From a virus, in IMG/VR virus record IMGVR_UViG_3300034683_000142, positions 1-64,000 of that record: 64,000 nt of DNA; one strand, given 5' to 3'. Each line of letters begins with the position of its first letter. The first letter of the stretch is position 1. Shown one piece after another: positions 23,676 to 36,843 of this stretch. The position numbers and the translations under genes are program-made. The notes under the pieces were generated by a model. That model was given only the letters and a program-made list of their open reading frames with translations. It was not told the DNA's origin and made no database searches.

Positions 23676-24344
23676 ATGATAACAAAACTAGCATCTGCTA
23701 TATATAATGATGTAATAGCTGGATTATCTGGATATACTTCTACTCCAACTATATCTCTTCCACAATTGGAAGATGAGATTGTGGAAGAAAGGTTACAGGT
23801 AATTAAAGAGTATATGTATAGAAATATGATACCCAGAGAAGATTTATACATGGCGATTAATTGTATAGAAGTAGATTGTAAGTCTCTGGATAGATGTCCT
23901 TGTAATAGAGCTACTTATTCAAAACCGATAGCACATTTTGAAATACCACAAATAATTAACGGAATTCCAGATGGTGCTATAGAATATATTGGATCAGTGG
24001 ACAGAATGGTACAATTTAAAGTATATACTTCTACAGCTTTCTTATATCATAAGTATTTAAGGAGAAATTCTAATAAACCATATGTTTATATAGAACCCAC
24101 CCCAAACGAAAATAATAAGTATGATGGGTGGATATTCAATGCTCCATTAATAGAAGTTATTTCAGTTGTGGGAATTTTTAAAGATCCAAGACAAGTAGCT
24201 GAGTATGATTGTTGTAAAGATGATGAAATAGAGAACTATACATTTATATCTACTGAAGTTAAGAAAAGATTAACTGAGAAGAAAATCAGATATTATAGGG
24301 CTCTTCTTCAACCACCACAACCAAATAATCAAGAACCACATTAA
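23676..24344 (+). CDS. Ring/tail protein (gene-73 position), 222 aa
   Basis: KLASAIYND, QLEDEIVEERL and IFKDPRQ motifs; position in the module. Confidence 0.65.
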   Translation: MITKLASAIYNDVIAGLSGYTSTPTISLPQLEDEIVEERLQVIKEYMYRNMIPREDLYMAINCIEVDCKSLDRCPCNRATYSKPIAHFEIPQIINGIPDGAIEYIGSVDRMVQFKVYTSTAFLYHKYLRRNSNKPYVYIEPTPNENNKYDGWIFNAPLIEVISVVGIFKDPRQVAEYDCCKDDEIENYTFISTEVKKRLTEKKIRYYRALLQPPQPNNQEPH

Positions 24345-24355
24345 TATAATAAATA

Positions 24356-25066
24356 ATGCACGAATTTAAATATCCATTTAATACTGCATATGTTCAAGCA
24401 AGAGAACTATATGGGGTAGAACTAAATCCAGATGAATTTGAAAATATAGGTATAGTTGCTTGAGATAGAATTGGAAATAAACAGACAGCTCTATATAAAA
24501 TTGTTTTAGAACCTGAAAAGGTAAATGAAGGAGTCTGGGCTGTAGATTTGCCATGTAATGCTGATATTATAGAAGCTGTTACTGCTGAGTTTGAAGATTG
24601 GGAAAAAACTTCTAACAAGGCTTTAACATATCAAAATAGTAATGGTTGGATAGAGCAATATATCGAAAGAGGTAAAGTAAATACTAATGCTCTATATCAA
24701 TCTGGAAGATTTATTAAGTATAGGAGAGAACAAAATACTTTATACTTTGATGTTCCTTATAAAAAAGTATATATCCTATATAAAGGATTTATAGCTGATG
24801 AAGAAGGATTACCATACTTAACAGGAAAAGAAGTAGATGCAATAGCTGCATTCTGTGCATATATAAATGATCTAAAAGGAGCTAGAATAAGTAGAGATGC
24901 AAACTCTATGCAGTTAGCTAGTTATATGGAGCAAGAATGGAAAAGATTGTGTACTAGAGCAAGAGTTCCAGACTATCTGAACCAGAATGAAATGGATGAA
25001 ATACTAAATGTATCTACTTCATGAGATAGAAAGAGATTTGGGAAAAGTTTTAAGCCTATACGCTAA
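24356..25066 (+). CDS. Tail tubular/ring protein, 236 aa
   Basis: Open with 2 TGA=Trp (IVA-W-DRIGNK; STS-W-DRKRFGKSFKP). DLPCNADIIEAVT and DEEGLPYL motifs. Confidence 0.7.
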
Positions 25067-25067
25067 T

Positions 25068-26147
25068 ATGAGGTGACTATTCAATCATGGAATATCTGCA
25101 TCAGAATTATATTCTGGAGACATGTCTGATATCTGTGATAAAGATTATAGATGATTTATAAATAACTTTTCATACAGGGAAGATAACCTAGAAAGTTATT
25201 TTGGAAGTATATTTATGTATTCTATAGATATAATAATATCCTATGTTATAGAAAATAAAGTAAGATTTGTTGGGCCAAAAAATCTATTCTATATAGATTT
25301 TGAGATCTTTCAGGATGAAGAATTTAAAAGACATAGGCAATTAGGTAGAATGCAAGATATAGATTTAATAGAAGCAGATTTTACAGGATATCAGTTAACA
25401 TACTTTTATAGATATTCAAATAAAGATTCAAGATATAGAAAAACTAATTTTTATATTGGATCTAAACACAGAGAGAAGTTCTTGAATAAGGTAAATTCAG
25501 GAGAAAAAATGTATTCTGTTAAGGATGTAAAACTTGAGTACTTTTTACCACAAATATATAAAAAATTTCCAAAGTTATCAAAAAAGGAAATAAAAAAGAT
25601 ATTAATGAGAGGGTATTTTAGAATGTATTATGCAATAAAACAAAGGTGTTATATTACTCTTAGGTCTAAAATGTATAATATATCATTCTTTGTTGGAACA
25701 TTCTATAAAAGTCCAGAAAGACAGATAACTGAGTACTCATTTAGAATGAGGAAGAAGCTTATCAAGATAGCTAAATGAAAAAAGACTGAATATGATAATA
25801 GTTTTTATATAGCCATATCAAAAAGCAGAATGGCAGATTGAGTAGCTTTAAATAATAAAAATGATAGGGCTGGTTGAATATGATTAGAATTTAAAGATGT
25901 TATTGCTAGCAAACAATTAGAGTCTGCTCTATATAATTCTGTTTATTCTTATATATTTAGAATAAAAGTTAAAAAGAAGTATACTAAAAGATGAGTTTTT
26001 AGAATAGAAGATAAGAAGTATAGAGATCCTGCTTTTATAGGTATAGCAATTAACTATAAATTACAACCAGCAACTATACATTGAAAAGAATTAATAAAAG
26101 GATATAATGAAGAAGGAAGCAGTGAATTTGTTCAATCAAGGTCTTAA
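25068..26147 (+). CDS. Basic, aromatic-rich conserved protein, 359 aa (possible nucleic-acid binding)
   Basis: ATG 25068, 8 in-frame TGAs, TAA 26145-26147. K/R-rich. Confidence 0.65.
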
Positions 26148-28323
26148 TATGGACCTTAATACCATAGTTGTTCCTAATAATATACTAACTGATAATCTAA
26201 ATGGCACTTTCTTAACATATAATGGAGATGAGCTCTCATTACAAAATGATGCTGGGAATACTAGAATACCAATAAAGGATACTATAGAATCTGTTAAGTT
26301 AAGTGAGGGTTTTTATCCACTAGGAATGAAAGAATATGGTGGAGTATTATATATAGTATCAGCTAAAAAAGGTGTAGATCAAGATGGATTACCAAAACCA
26401 GAACTAGATGAAATAGAGATAGGTAGTTATCCTAGCCCAGAATTAGCTAGTTATACTACTTTTCATGGGCAATTGGATACAACTTTAATTTATCCAAATC
26501 AAACAAATACAAATATATTTTATAAATCTCTGGTTATAAATAGAGACTATTTTAAAACTGGAAGATACATATCATTTATATGTAAGGATAACCCAGCTCC
26601 AGACATGAGTAATGTATGAACTTATTGAGACCATAAAGGTTTGTATATTATAAAATTATATCTACAACTTGATAATGGATTAATAGACTTAACAGATGAT
26701 ATATGAGATGCATTTATTGAATATAAACAAGAAAATCCATCTGATACTTCTTTACATTGGTTATTAAGTAAAGATTTTATATATTTCTGCCCATATAGTT
26801 ATAAAGGAAGATTAGTTGTTGAAGTAGTAATTAGTGAACCAGTTTTTGAACCAATAAAATACTATGATTTTATAGTAGGTAATGGTATATATACATTTAA
26901 GTTAGATATACGTGTAGAAAATACAGAGGCTTTACAAATTATAGGTTATAATATAGACATAAAAACTGACGTTGAGAAGTTTGATGGAGACTTGGATACT
27001 ACCGTTAAAACTTATAGACTTACAATCCCTCAGTCTGGCATAATCAGTATATCTGAAAATGTAGATTCTAAAAACAGAATGATGCATTATACTATCACAC
27101 CAATATTTAAATATATTAATACAAATGAAGAGTTGGATTGAAGTTCTTTTCCAGATGAATTTAAATCTAAATATACAATTGCGAATTATGTATTATTAAA
27201 TGAAAAATATAACAATGTAGGATTTAATGCACAAGAAAGTGAGTGTATTCCATCTGAAGGAAAAAGAGCTATAAAAGCAGTAGCTTTAATAGGAGAAAGT
27301 GGATATATAAATACTAACTTAGAACAAGAATTATTAAATAATCTTCCATATGTATTTTGTAGATGAGATTATACACCTCCTCAAGATACATACAATGTTT
27401 TGGGTACTTATGAAGTATCTGACAGAGGATTACCTATAAGTATTGACACTAATGATGAACTTTTTTCAGATACTTTCATAAGAGATAGTATAACAAATAA
27501 ATTACAAACATTTCCAGTATTGGTGTCTGATCCATTCTGTTCACAGTCTGTTATAAAACTAGAATTCAGCGCTCCACTAGAAATGGAGTCATCTAAAAAA
27601 ATTAAGAATGGTTCTTTAACTATATATCAGGATAATGCTGCAACTATGCTTCCATATGAATCTACTGATGGAAAAACTTTTAAAGTATATATAGATTCTA
27701 CAAAAAGTGTAGATATAAATTTTTCTCATCCTAGCTTTAACAATGTAAGATTTACAATACTTAAAGAAAATTTAAATTTTACAGATTCGTATAAAATAGG
27801 ATTAATTCTGGAACTTGTTCCTACATATGTAGATGAAGATGTAACAATGATTACAGAACTTATGTTTAGAACTCCTGATTTAGAGCCAGTTATAGATGAA
27901 CTTGGAGATTATATAGATAGTTTATTTGATTCTAATTTACCTAATAGAGTACAAATAGTAAAAACTGATCCACAAGCTACATTTGAAATATCTGAAAATA
28001 GAATGTATTTTGTTAAAGAATCTGGTTTTTCACATTTTGATATGATAATTACTGGAACTGATTTAGTAGTATATGGAAGAACTTCAATAAGATATGGATA
28101 TAAAATAATAAATGCACAACCAGTATTGGAAGGTGAGTATAGAAATATTAGGCCACAATCAAACATAAGCTATGTTAAATTGGGAAGTAATGATTTAGGA
28201 TATATATTATTTAGAGAATCTTCACAGTTTAATCCAATAAGACTTAGTGGTACATATATCAATTCTAGAACCTCTGATACGACATATAATGCTTCTGGTA
28301 GAAGGTCTTCTGGAACTAGGTAA
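26107..28323 (+). CDS. Tail protein with muzzle/tail-stabilisation-type N-terminus, 738 aa
   Basis: ORFs 26107 and 27400 share a frame. FNQGLNMDLN...LQNDAGN...PLGMKEYGGVLYIVS...EIGSYPSP motif. Confidence 0.7.
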
Positions 28324-28350
28324 TAGTACTTATAAAATAATGAAAAAATA

Positions 28351-31300
28351 ATGAGTTTACCAAATATAGTAATAGACTTTAGTAACCTTATTCAGGGTAA
28401 CCCTGAAGAAGGTAAACTAATATACAAGTATAATCCATTCTTTAATTTAAAAGTAAAGAATCCAACTACTTACAGGGATCTAACTAGTTTAAGAATTAAT
28501 GCTATTAAGGCTGGACTAAGTACTAAAGCTCCGATAGATATAGATATAGAAGAGTCATATGATGGTTCTGCTAACCTAATACTAAATGATAGAGTTAACC
28601 CACTTAAAATAGTTAATTCTAGATTCTATCTTATTGATTCTCTTAATTATAAAATAGGAGATAGAAAAGGTAACTTAGATACTAATATATATACTGAGGA
28701 CAACTTTAAGGTAGAAGCTAGTTTAGTAAAATCTGTAAATAGTTTAGTTAATATAGAGTTTGTAGGCATCTTTGAAGGTGGAAGAATGCCTGTTGGTAAT
28801 TATACTTTCTATATAAAATTAGCAGATTCAGATGGTAATGAATCAGATTTTATAGCAGAAAGTGGAAAAGTAGTATGTCATATAGGAAATGTTAATCAGC
28901 CTAAATATATAAGAGGTGGTCAACTAAATGAAGACAGTGGTAAGTCAATCAAACTAAATGTAAATAATGTAGATATGGCTTACACCTATGTAAATATCTA
29001 CTATACTAAAACTACTGGAACTAGTTCTGAAGATATAACTAGCGCATACAGAATAGTAGATAAATATAAAATTATGGGGTTAAATACTCCAATAACAATT
29101 ACTGGCTACGAACAGCATGAGAGTATATCTATTGATGATATTAATATAAGATATGCTGAGTTTGATTCAGCAAAAACTCTTGAGAATTGTCAAAATATCT
29201 CATTTGCTGGAAACATTACTAAAAAATATGATTTATATCAATATTTAGCAAATCTTAGTTTATTTATAACTCCAGAAATAGTTAATGAAGAAACTATAGG
29301 TAATTTAAACCATAATTATGAAGAAACAGTAAGCTATACTAAAGGATATGAATATTATAATGTAAATAATATATATTATAGATTAGGATACTGGGATCAA
29401 GAAATATATAGATTTGGTATAGTATATATATTAAATGATTATACATTATCCCCAGTCTTTAGTATTAGGGGAACTAAAGAACTAAGTACTACTTATGTAT
29501 GAAGTGATATAAAATTATCAAAAAATATAAGAGGTAATATTATAGAAACTGAAGAAGATAATATAATAGAAGGTACTAATGGTTTAGATAATAATAAAGG
29601 TATATTTAAAATAGTAAATGATGGTAATCCTGTATTTTCTAACAATGGTATTAGGCCTATAGGTATAAGATTTAAATTCCATTCTGATGTTATCACAAAT
29701 AAATTAGAAGGATTACCTGCATTTACCTTAGGATTCTTTATAGTAAGACAAAAAAGAATTCCTACTATACTAGCCCAAGCTGTTGGTATATCAACTACAA
29801 TAAACGGAAGACTGCCAGTTATTAAAGTTGATTCTGATTATATAATAGAATCATTTTTAACTAAAGATGTAAGAGGAAAACCATTTCTTGGAAGTTCTAT
29901 ATTTAAAGTGCCACAAGATAAAATAGTAAATAATGCACTATTATGTCCAGAAGCTGACTTAAGAACTGAAATATATAACACATATTTTAATTCAGCAGAA
30001 TATACTCTTATAGAAAGTAAATATCAACCTCATGAAGATCCCATAAAAGGCAGATCATTTATAAAGAGTAGCTCAGACAATTCTCATTATTACTTAGGAG
30101 AATTAGAAAGAATAAACGTAAATAATTTCATGATTAATACTGGACTCTTATTAGTGGAGCCAGAAATAGATCTAACAAGAGGAAATAAGTATAATTTCTC
30201 TAGTAAAGCAGGAGATGCTATAGCAGCATATAAAGCAGAAGATGTGTTTTATGGAGACTACTCTAATCCATTAACTCCTATAGATGACTTAAACTTCTTT
30301 AACAATTCTAATTCTAAAATTAGAGGTATATTTAATACTTATATAGGTACAGATTATAGTAATATTAAACAAGCTACATATTATAATATATATCAAAAAG
30401 GTTACAACTTTGATTTGTACTGAAAAGACTATTTTAAACTTAGAGCACATGATTCTAGTCCATTTTTTCCTGTAAGTGATAAAATATCATGAACTAGAAT
30501 AGTTAATAATAAGACTGATGTATTCTATAGAGGAGACTGTTATATAAATACTTATACTCATAGAATGAATTGAAATTTTAAAGATCCAGAATTGCCTACA
30601 AATAATAGAATTGTAGATAGATATACATGATATAAAAATTGAAGAGTGGTACAAAAAGCTTCAGTATCCGTAGATTATGAAGGTAATAGAGACCAAAAAC
30701 TAAGTTATTATAAATTATTGCCTGTATTTACTTATAAAGATGATATATCTATTGAGTCTTTAATATATAAAGATGCTGCAATTGAGCCTCTTAAAGGTAT
30801 AATAGATCCAGAAGATAAAAGCTTTAAAAAGTATTCAGAATTAAATGGAATATTTGGGTATGATAAACTAAATAGACCAGATATAAATGCTGTAGGACTA
30901 GGAAACTGGGTAACATTTAAAGTATGTAGTAATGTAAACTTGGCCATGAGAGACATTGATTCTAGCAGACCAGAAGAAGAAGCTGTATTTCATATGAAAA
31001 GGTCTTTCTTTCCATTACAAAGTATAGATAAAAACATAAAACTTCCAGAGTCTAGAGTATTAAATAGTGGTATTAGTAAAACTACTGGTGATAGATACTA
31101 TTATGAACTTGGCGACATACCCTTTATAAAAGACACATTTTCAACTAGGATATATTATTCTAATGTATTACAACAAGCTATATTTGTAAATGGTAATAGA
31201 GTATTCTTATCTAAAAATTATCAAGACTACTCTATGGAGTACGGAGCTCTAGTTAAATTAGTAGAATGGTATGGCACTTTAGTAGCTGTGATGGAACATG

Positions 31301-32124
31301 GTATATTAATGATACCAGTTAACGAAAGGGCTATGATGACTAATGAATCTGGAGAGAATGTTTATATTAATACTGATAACGTACTTCCTAAAAATCCAGT
31401 AGTAATTTCTAATACATTTGGATCTTTATGACCAGATTCAGTAGTTAAAACTTCTAGATTTATCTATGGAATAGATACAGTTGCTAAAAAAATATGAAGA
31501 ACTAATGGAGAAACTATAGAGTTAATTTCTGATTTAAAGATTCAAAAATTCTTAAATGATAATATAAACTTAAGAGAATCTGATAGAGATAATACAATCT
31601 ATGTACACTCTATAAAGACTCACTATAATGCTTTTAAACATGATGTGTTATTTGTATTTAAATATGGTACAAAGAAATGACATTTATGTTGAAATGAGAT
31701 ACTAGAAAAGTGAGTAACTAGGTACTCATGATTTCCAGAGTTTTCAGAAAATATTAACAATATTTTTTATACATTTGCAAATACAAATGTTCATACAGCA
31801 GCTGGTAATTATTTATATAAACATGGTTTTGCAGGAACTTTTAATGAAAAAGGAAATATAGAACCAACTAAGTGATATGAAGAACAGCATCCATTTGAAT
31901 TTGAATTTGTAGTTGCTGATTCTGAAGGAGTTCAAAAAATATTTGATAACCTAAAAATAATATCAAATAAGGTAGAACCAAATTCACTTATTTTTGAAGT
32001 AACTGGAGATGGATTTGAATGAAATGAACAAAAGAAAGATATAATATCACTTAATAATATGGATTCTGAAGATGAGGAAGAATTACTTACAGGTTTTGGT
32101 TCTCCATTTACAACTATATTCTAA
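28351..32124 (+). CDS. Muzzle/tail stabilisation protein, main part, 1257 aa
   Basis: Three track ORFs plus TGA gaps in one frame. GYWDQEIYRFGIVY, GFFIVRQKRIP, YRGDCYI, YGIDTVAKKIWRT and QHPFEFEFVV...KIFDNLKIISN motifs. Confidence 0.75.
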
Positions 32125-32145
32125 TAATTATAAATTATTTAACAA

Positions 32146-35100
32146 ATGCCAATAGACAATTTAACCTCTCTAACTCCGAATAAACAAAATCATCCAGAGG
32201 TAATTCCTCCTAATGATCCAGTATATTATCTTTCAGCGGCTGAATATAATAAGTTATTAAGTACTTTACAAACATTAATAGATGATTATAATCTAAATGT
32301 GTCAGCTTTAGGAGAAGGTATTTCTTTACCATTAATAACATCTGGAGACTCTTTAACTGAGCCAACTGATTCTAATATATTCTCTGCTGCTAGAGTACTA
32401 CAAGAAATAAGAGATGTATTACTAGGATATGATGACTATTATCTGTCTAAAAGAATGCCTGACACAGCTGAAGGTAAAATAAGATTTAATAAAGGAATTC
32501 AATTAGGCGATTATCAGAGTGGTTTCAGAGGAGGAATAATAAATGAGAATGCAGATGCAGAACTGCAATCTCTAACACTTAGAGACTGATTACAAGTTCC
32601 AGAACTAAGATTCAACAGAATTGAAGTTTACATGGGAGATAAGTGAAGATCACCAGGAGGTGGTATAATAGAATCTGTTGATATCCAAAATCAAATTATT
32701 ACTCTTAAACTAGAACCAGGAGAATATGGAGCAGTTGCAGTAGGAGACCTATGTATGGGTATATTTCACTCTGTAATAGACTCAAATAATGCAACTTCTG
32801 ATTTAGATGATAGTAGAAACAATAGAGCTATAAAAGGATTTGCTACTTCCTACTTTAAAGTAGAAGAGCTTCTTAATCCTTCTGAAAATAATAGTAGATT
32901 TAGATATAGTTTAAGACCTATATCTGAAAGATACTCTAGACAGATTCAACCAGAACCTTTTATGCATTTTGCTGCATTTGGTAATACTATTGATACTAGC
33001 AGACAAAGTTCTGCTTATGAAACCAGAACTTATCAAAGATTCTTAATAAATATGAATGATTGGGAATCTACACAATTTAATGTAGCAGCCCAATTTGGAG
33101 ATCTATCTAATCTTAATGCTTTAGGACTAACTGGTTTAACAGGATACTCTGTATATTTAAATAATGTATATTTTACAGGAACTATTCAGCAAATGAAAGC
33201 TCCTAAAATACAGTATGGTACTTGGTGAACTTGAAATGGTACTGAATGGGTAGATAGTGGTGTTCCAGCAGTTATTCAACCACAAGATGGTATATATGCA
33301 ATTTTAATTAATGACAGTTTAGCAATAGGTAGAACTGATACAAATTTTCTACATACTTGGGCAGAATTACATGTATATGAAGGAAATACTGAGTTAGTTT
33401 ATAATAAAGTCGGAGCTACAACAAGAGGTACTTATACAGTTTCTGTAGTTCCAACAAATGTTACAGTTGGAGACCTAGTACAAACTACCTTAAACGGAAA
33501 AACTTTCCTTAAAACTACTCCTATAACTGGAATAAATGCAGAAGTAAATTCTGGCAATATATTGTTCAATATAACAGGAATCAGGCTTGATGGTACTACT
33601 TTTAGTTTTTCTAAGAACCAAACATTTGTAAAAGTAGATTCTGGTGTAGATGGAGAAAGTAGTGAATACGTATTTACAAGAACTACTACTGATGCTGCTC
33701 CTTTAAAGCCTGATAGTCAAAATACAGATGGGTATATCCCTAATGGCTGAACAGCTGATCCAGTTGGCCCAGATTCAGAATATAAATTTGAATGAGTTTG
33801 TAAAAGACAGAAAGTAAATAGTATTTGGTCTGCCTGGTCTAACCCAGCGCATTGATCTATGTATGCAGCTGATGGCATAAATGGAAAAGATGGCAAATCT
33901 ATTGAGTACATATATACCAGAAATAATAATGACGAATTTGGAACTGATAGTAACATACCACCAACTTCTCAAACAGATGATTATGTTCCACCTGGTTGGA
34001 CTGATGAACCACAAGGGGTAAATTCTGATGCAATTTATGAATGAGTAAGTCAGAGAACAAAAAGTGGAGGTATTGGAGGAGTGGGTGGTACATGAAGTCC
34101 ATTTTCTAGACCTGCTTTATGAGCTAAATTCTCCTTCGATGGATTACCAGGAACAAAAGGTAATGATGCTATTAATGTAATATTGTCTAATGAAACCCAT
34201 ATATTTCCGGCAATAAATGGCGCTGCTATAAATGGCTCAACTTCTGCTAGTGTATTAGCTTATAAAGGAACTACACAAGTTACTCCAACATCAATAACAG
34301 TTGGAACTATGCCTACAGGAATGACTGCTTCAGTAAATAATAGTGTAATAACATTTTCTGTAACAACTAGTATGATATCTAGTAGTGGTATGGTTCCTAT
34401 AACAATTGTAGTAGAAGGTCAATCAATAATAAAACAATTTAGTTACTCTTTATCTTCAAATGGAAAAACTATTTCTCTAACAGGAAGTACTCAAGTAATA
34501 AAAGTAACTGCTTCTGGTAGAGAACCTAATACTAACTTTAATATAATAGGTACTCCAGTAAATACTACTATTACAGAATGGACTTATAGTACTAATGGAG
34601 GAAATTTTTCAACTACTGTACCAGCAGGATTAAGTAGGTCTGGTAATACAGTTACTGTAAATCCTTTAAATGTTACAGCTAGCACTATTTCTATAAAAGC
34701 TTCTGATGGAGAAATTTCGGATGTATTTACTATTGCATTAGTGTATGATGGAGCACAGGGCCCTCCTGGAACTGGAGTACCGATAGTATATAGGGGTAAC
34801 TACTCAGATAGTGCAATATATTATGGTAGTACTACTAGACTAGATATAGTTAAGTTTCAAGAAGTATATTATAGAACTACTGATACAGCAGGACAATTTA
34901 CTGGTATTCAACCAGTACCTGGACAAGATACAGATCATTGACTTAGGTTTGGAGAATCATTTGAAGCAATAGCTACAGGATTAATATTGGCAGAGAAAGC
35001 TAATATAGCTGGTTTTGCTTTTGTAGATCAAACAATGATTTCTCAAAATGGGATAGATGCTAATGGTAATGCAGTTAGTTTGGGATCTGATAACACTCCA

Positions 35101-35781
35101 CCGTCTGGATATATACCTAATTTATTAATAGATGGTGTAAATGGAGTAATATCTGCAAGTGCTAATAAAGTAAGATTTAATGCTGATGGTTCAGGTTATT
35201 TAGCTAATAATAAAATACATTGAGAAGCAGATGGTTCTGGATATATAGCAAATAATGGAATACATTGAGATACTGCTGGTAATTTAACAGTAAATGGACA
35301 ATTATTTACAGGTACTCCAGTTGGGGGTATTTATCCAAATGAAATAAGATCTGATGGTAGTGGACGTTTAGCAAATGGAAATATTTCATGGGGTACAAGT
35401 GGAGATGTAGCTATTAGGGGGTTATTTGAAAGTACGGCAAATGGAGATAGAATAATTATTTCTCCTAGTGAAAAAAAATTTAAGATGATTAACTCAAATA
35501 ATAGAGTTGTTGTCGATATGGCATTTTATAATGACCCTGATGATGGTTCATCTGCTAATTTTTTATTATATAATTATGATATAAATGGAAATAAAATTGG
35601 TCAAACTCAAATGTTTGGGGGCAGATTAATTCTTAGCGGCGTTTCATCATTTTTTGATATTGCATTTTTAGATGGACAATTGCAATGGATAATTGATGTT
35701 GGCAATTTACCTTCATCTTCAAGTGGATTATATTATGGGCAGATATATAGAAACGGAAGTACACTATGTGTAAAAATTTAA
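32146..35781 (+). CDS. Tail spike/fibre protein of Bacteroidota-phage type, 1211 aa
   Basis: Seven track ORFs in one frame. SLTLRDWLQVPELRFNR...GGGIIESVD, two EY(V/I)(F/Y)TR...GWT...EWV repeats, DGSGxLANxxIxW repeats. Confidence 0.75.
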
Positions 35782-35792
35782 ACATAAAAAAT

Positions 35793-36058
35793 ATGAAAAC
35801 AGCAGATTTATCAAAATTACAGATTGAGATGATTGATGGGTCGATTATGTAATATAACTTGTCAAAAGAATTGGTGGAAGTCATATTTAAACGATGCAAA
35901 GTTTGGCAGAACATTCGTTTTGTTTAGGCCTATACAAGAATCTGATTGTTGAGTTGACAGACGAAAACAAGGCTATTATTGAAAAATATGTCGGCCAATA
36001 TTTTAAAGCATTTATACAAATTGCGGTTAACAAATTATTGAGCAATGAAAATAATTAG
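35793..36058 (+). pseudogene. Degraded small fibre-associated gene (nonsense TAA plus frameshift)
   Basis: MKTADLSKLQIEMIDGSIM-TAA(35850)-YNLSKELVEVIF, then continues in a shifted frame TMQSLAEHSFCLGLYKNLIVELTDENKAIIEKYVGQYFKAFIQIAVNKLL to TAG 36056. Confidence 0.55.
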
Positions 36059-36362
36059 AAACAACATCATCCCATTTCAAGGATTTAAAGCAATAAATCT
36101 TTTTGGTATATTGTTTGTCAGAAAGAATGCTTATATAGATAAATATACTCTTAATCATGAAGAAATTCATACATATCAAATGAAAGAATTACTTTATATA
36201 TTCTTTTATATTTGGTATGTTATAGAATGAATAATTAAGTTATTTAAATATTCAAGCAAAGCATATAGAAATATAAGTTTTGAAAGAGAAGCTTATGATA
36301 ATGATAGAGATTTGAATTATTTAAAAACTAGAAAGAGGTTTTCTTTCATTAGATATTTATAA
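36045..36362 (+). CDS. Small HExxH membrane-associated protein, 105 aa
   Basis: LNHEEIHTYQ, hydrophobic LLYIFFYIWYVIE-W(TGA), AYRNISFEREAY. Confidence 0.75.
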
Positions 36363-36363
36363 A

Positions 36364-36843
36364 ATGACAATACAAGAAAATTACTTAGCATATTTACAAA
36401 CTGCTAATGCTCCTCTAAAAATTCCATATATAGAATGTGTTAAAGAGTTAACTGAGAAAATTCCAGTAACTTATGACACTACCTCTAGCTCTAATGTATT
36501 ATTATCAAATGTTACTCCTACTTGAGAGCTACTAAGGGATATTAATGTTAAGATGCTTAGTAAAACAAAAGAAATAGTAGTACAAATGTATCAAAGAGCA
36601 TTACCAATTAAAAAATTCGGAAGGTTAAGAGGTAATATGGAATATTTAGAGGATGCTTGGGATATACAGATACAACCTATAGTTATTAAATATGCTTATT
36701 TAAAAAACAATGCACTTACTTTATCTGAAGCTAGGCAAGCTAAAATACGTGATAAGTATCTTAAAGTAAGAGTAAGATATGATGGAACTAAGTACGTTAT
36801 AGTGAATGCAATAAAAACATATTATACTGTATCATATGCCTAA
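36364..36843 (+). CDS. Separated C-terminal piece of the muzzle/tail stabilisation protein, 159 aa
   Basis: ATG 36364 with one TGA. GRLRGNMEYLEDAWDIQIQP...KIRDKYLKVRVRY...TYYTVSYA resembles the C-terminus of crAss muzzle proteins as recalled. Confidence 0.65.

Noticed and set aside
32125-36363. Self-splicing intron or mobile element splitting the muzzle gene
   Set aside because: No integrase, transposase, RT, terminal repeats or intron-like structure seen. Both halves have their own start and stop.
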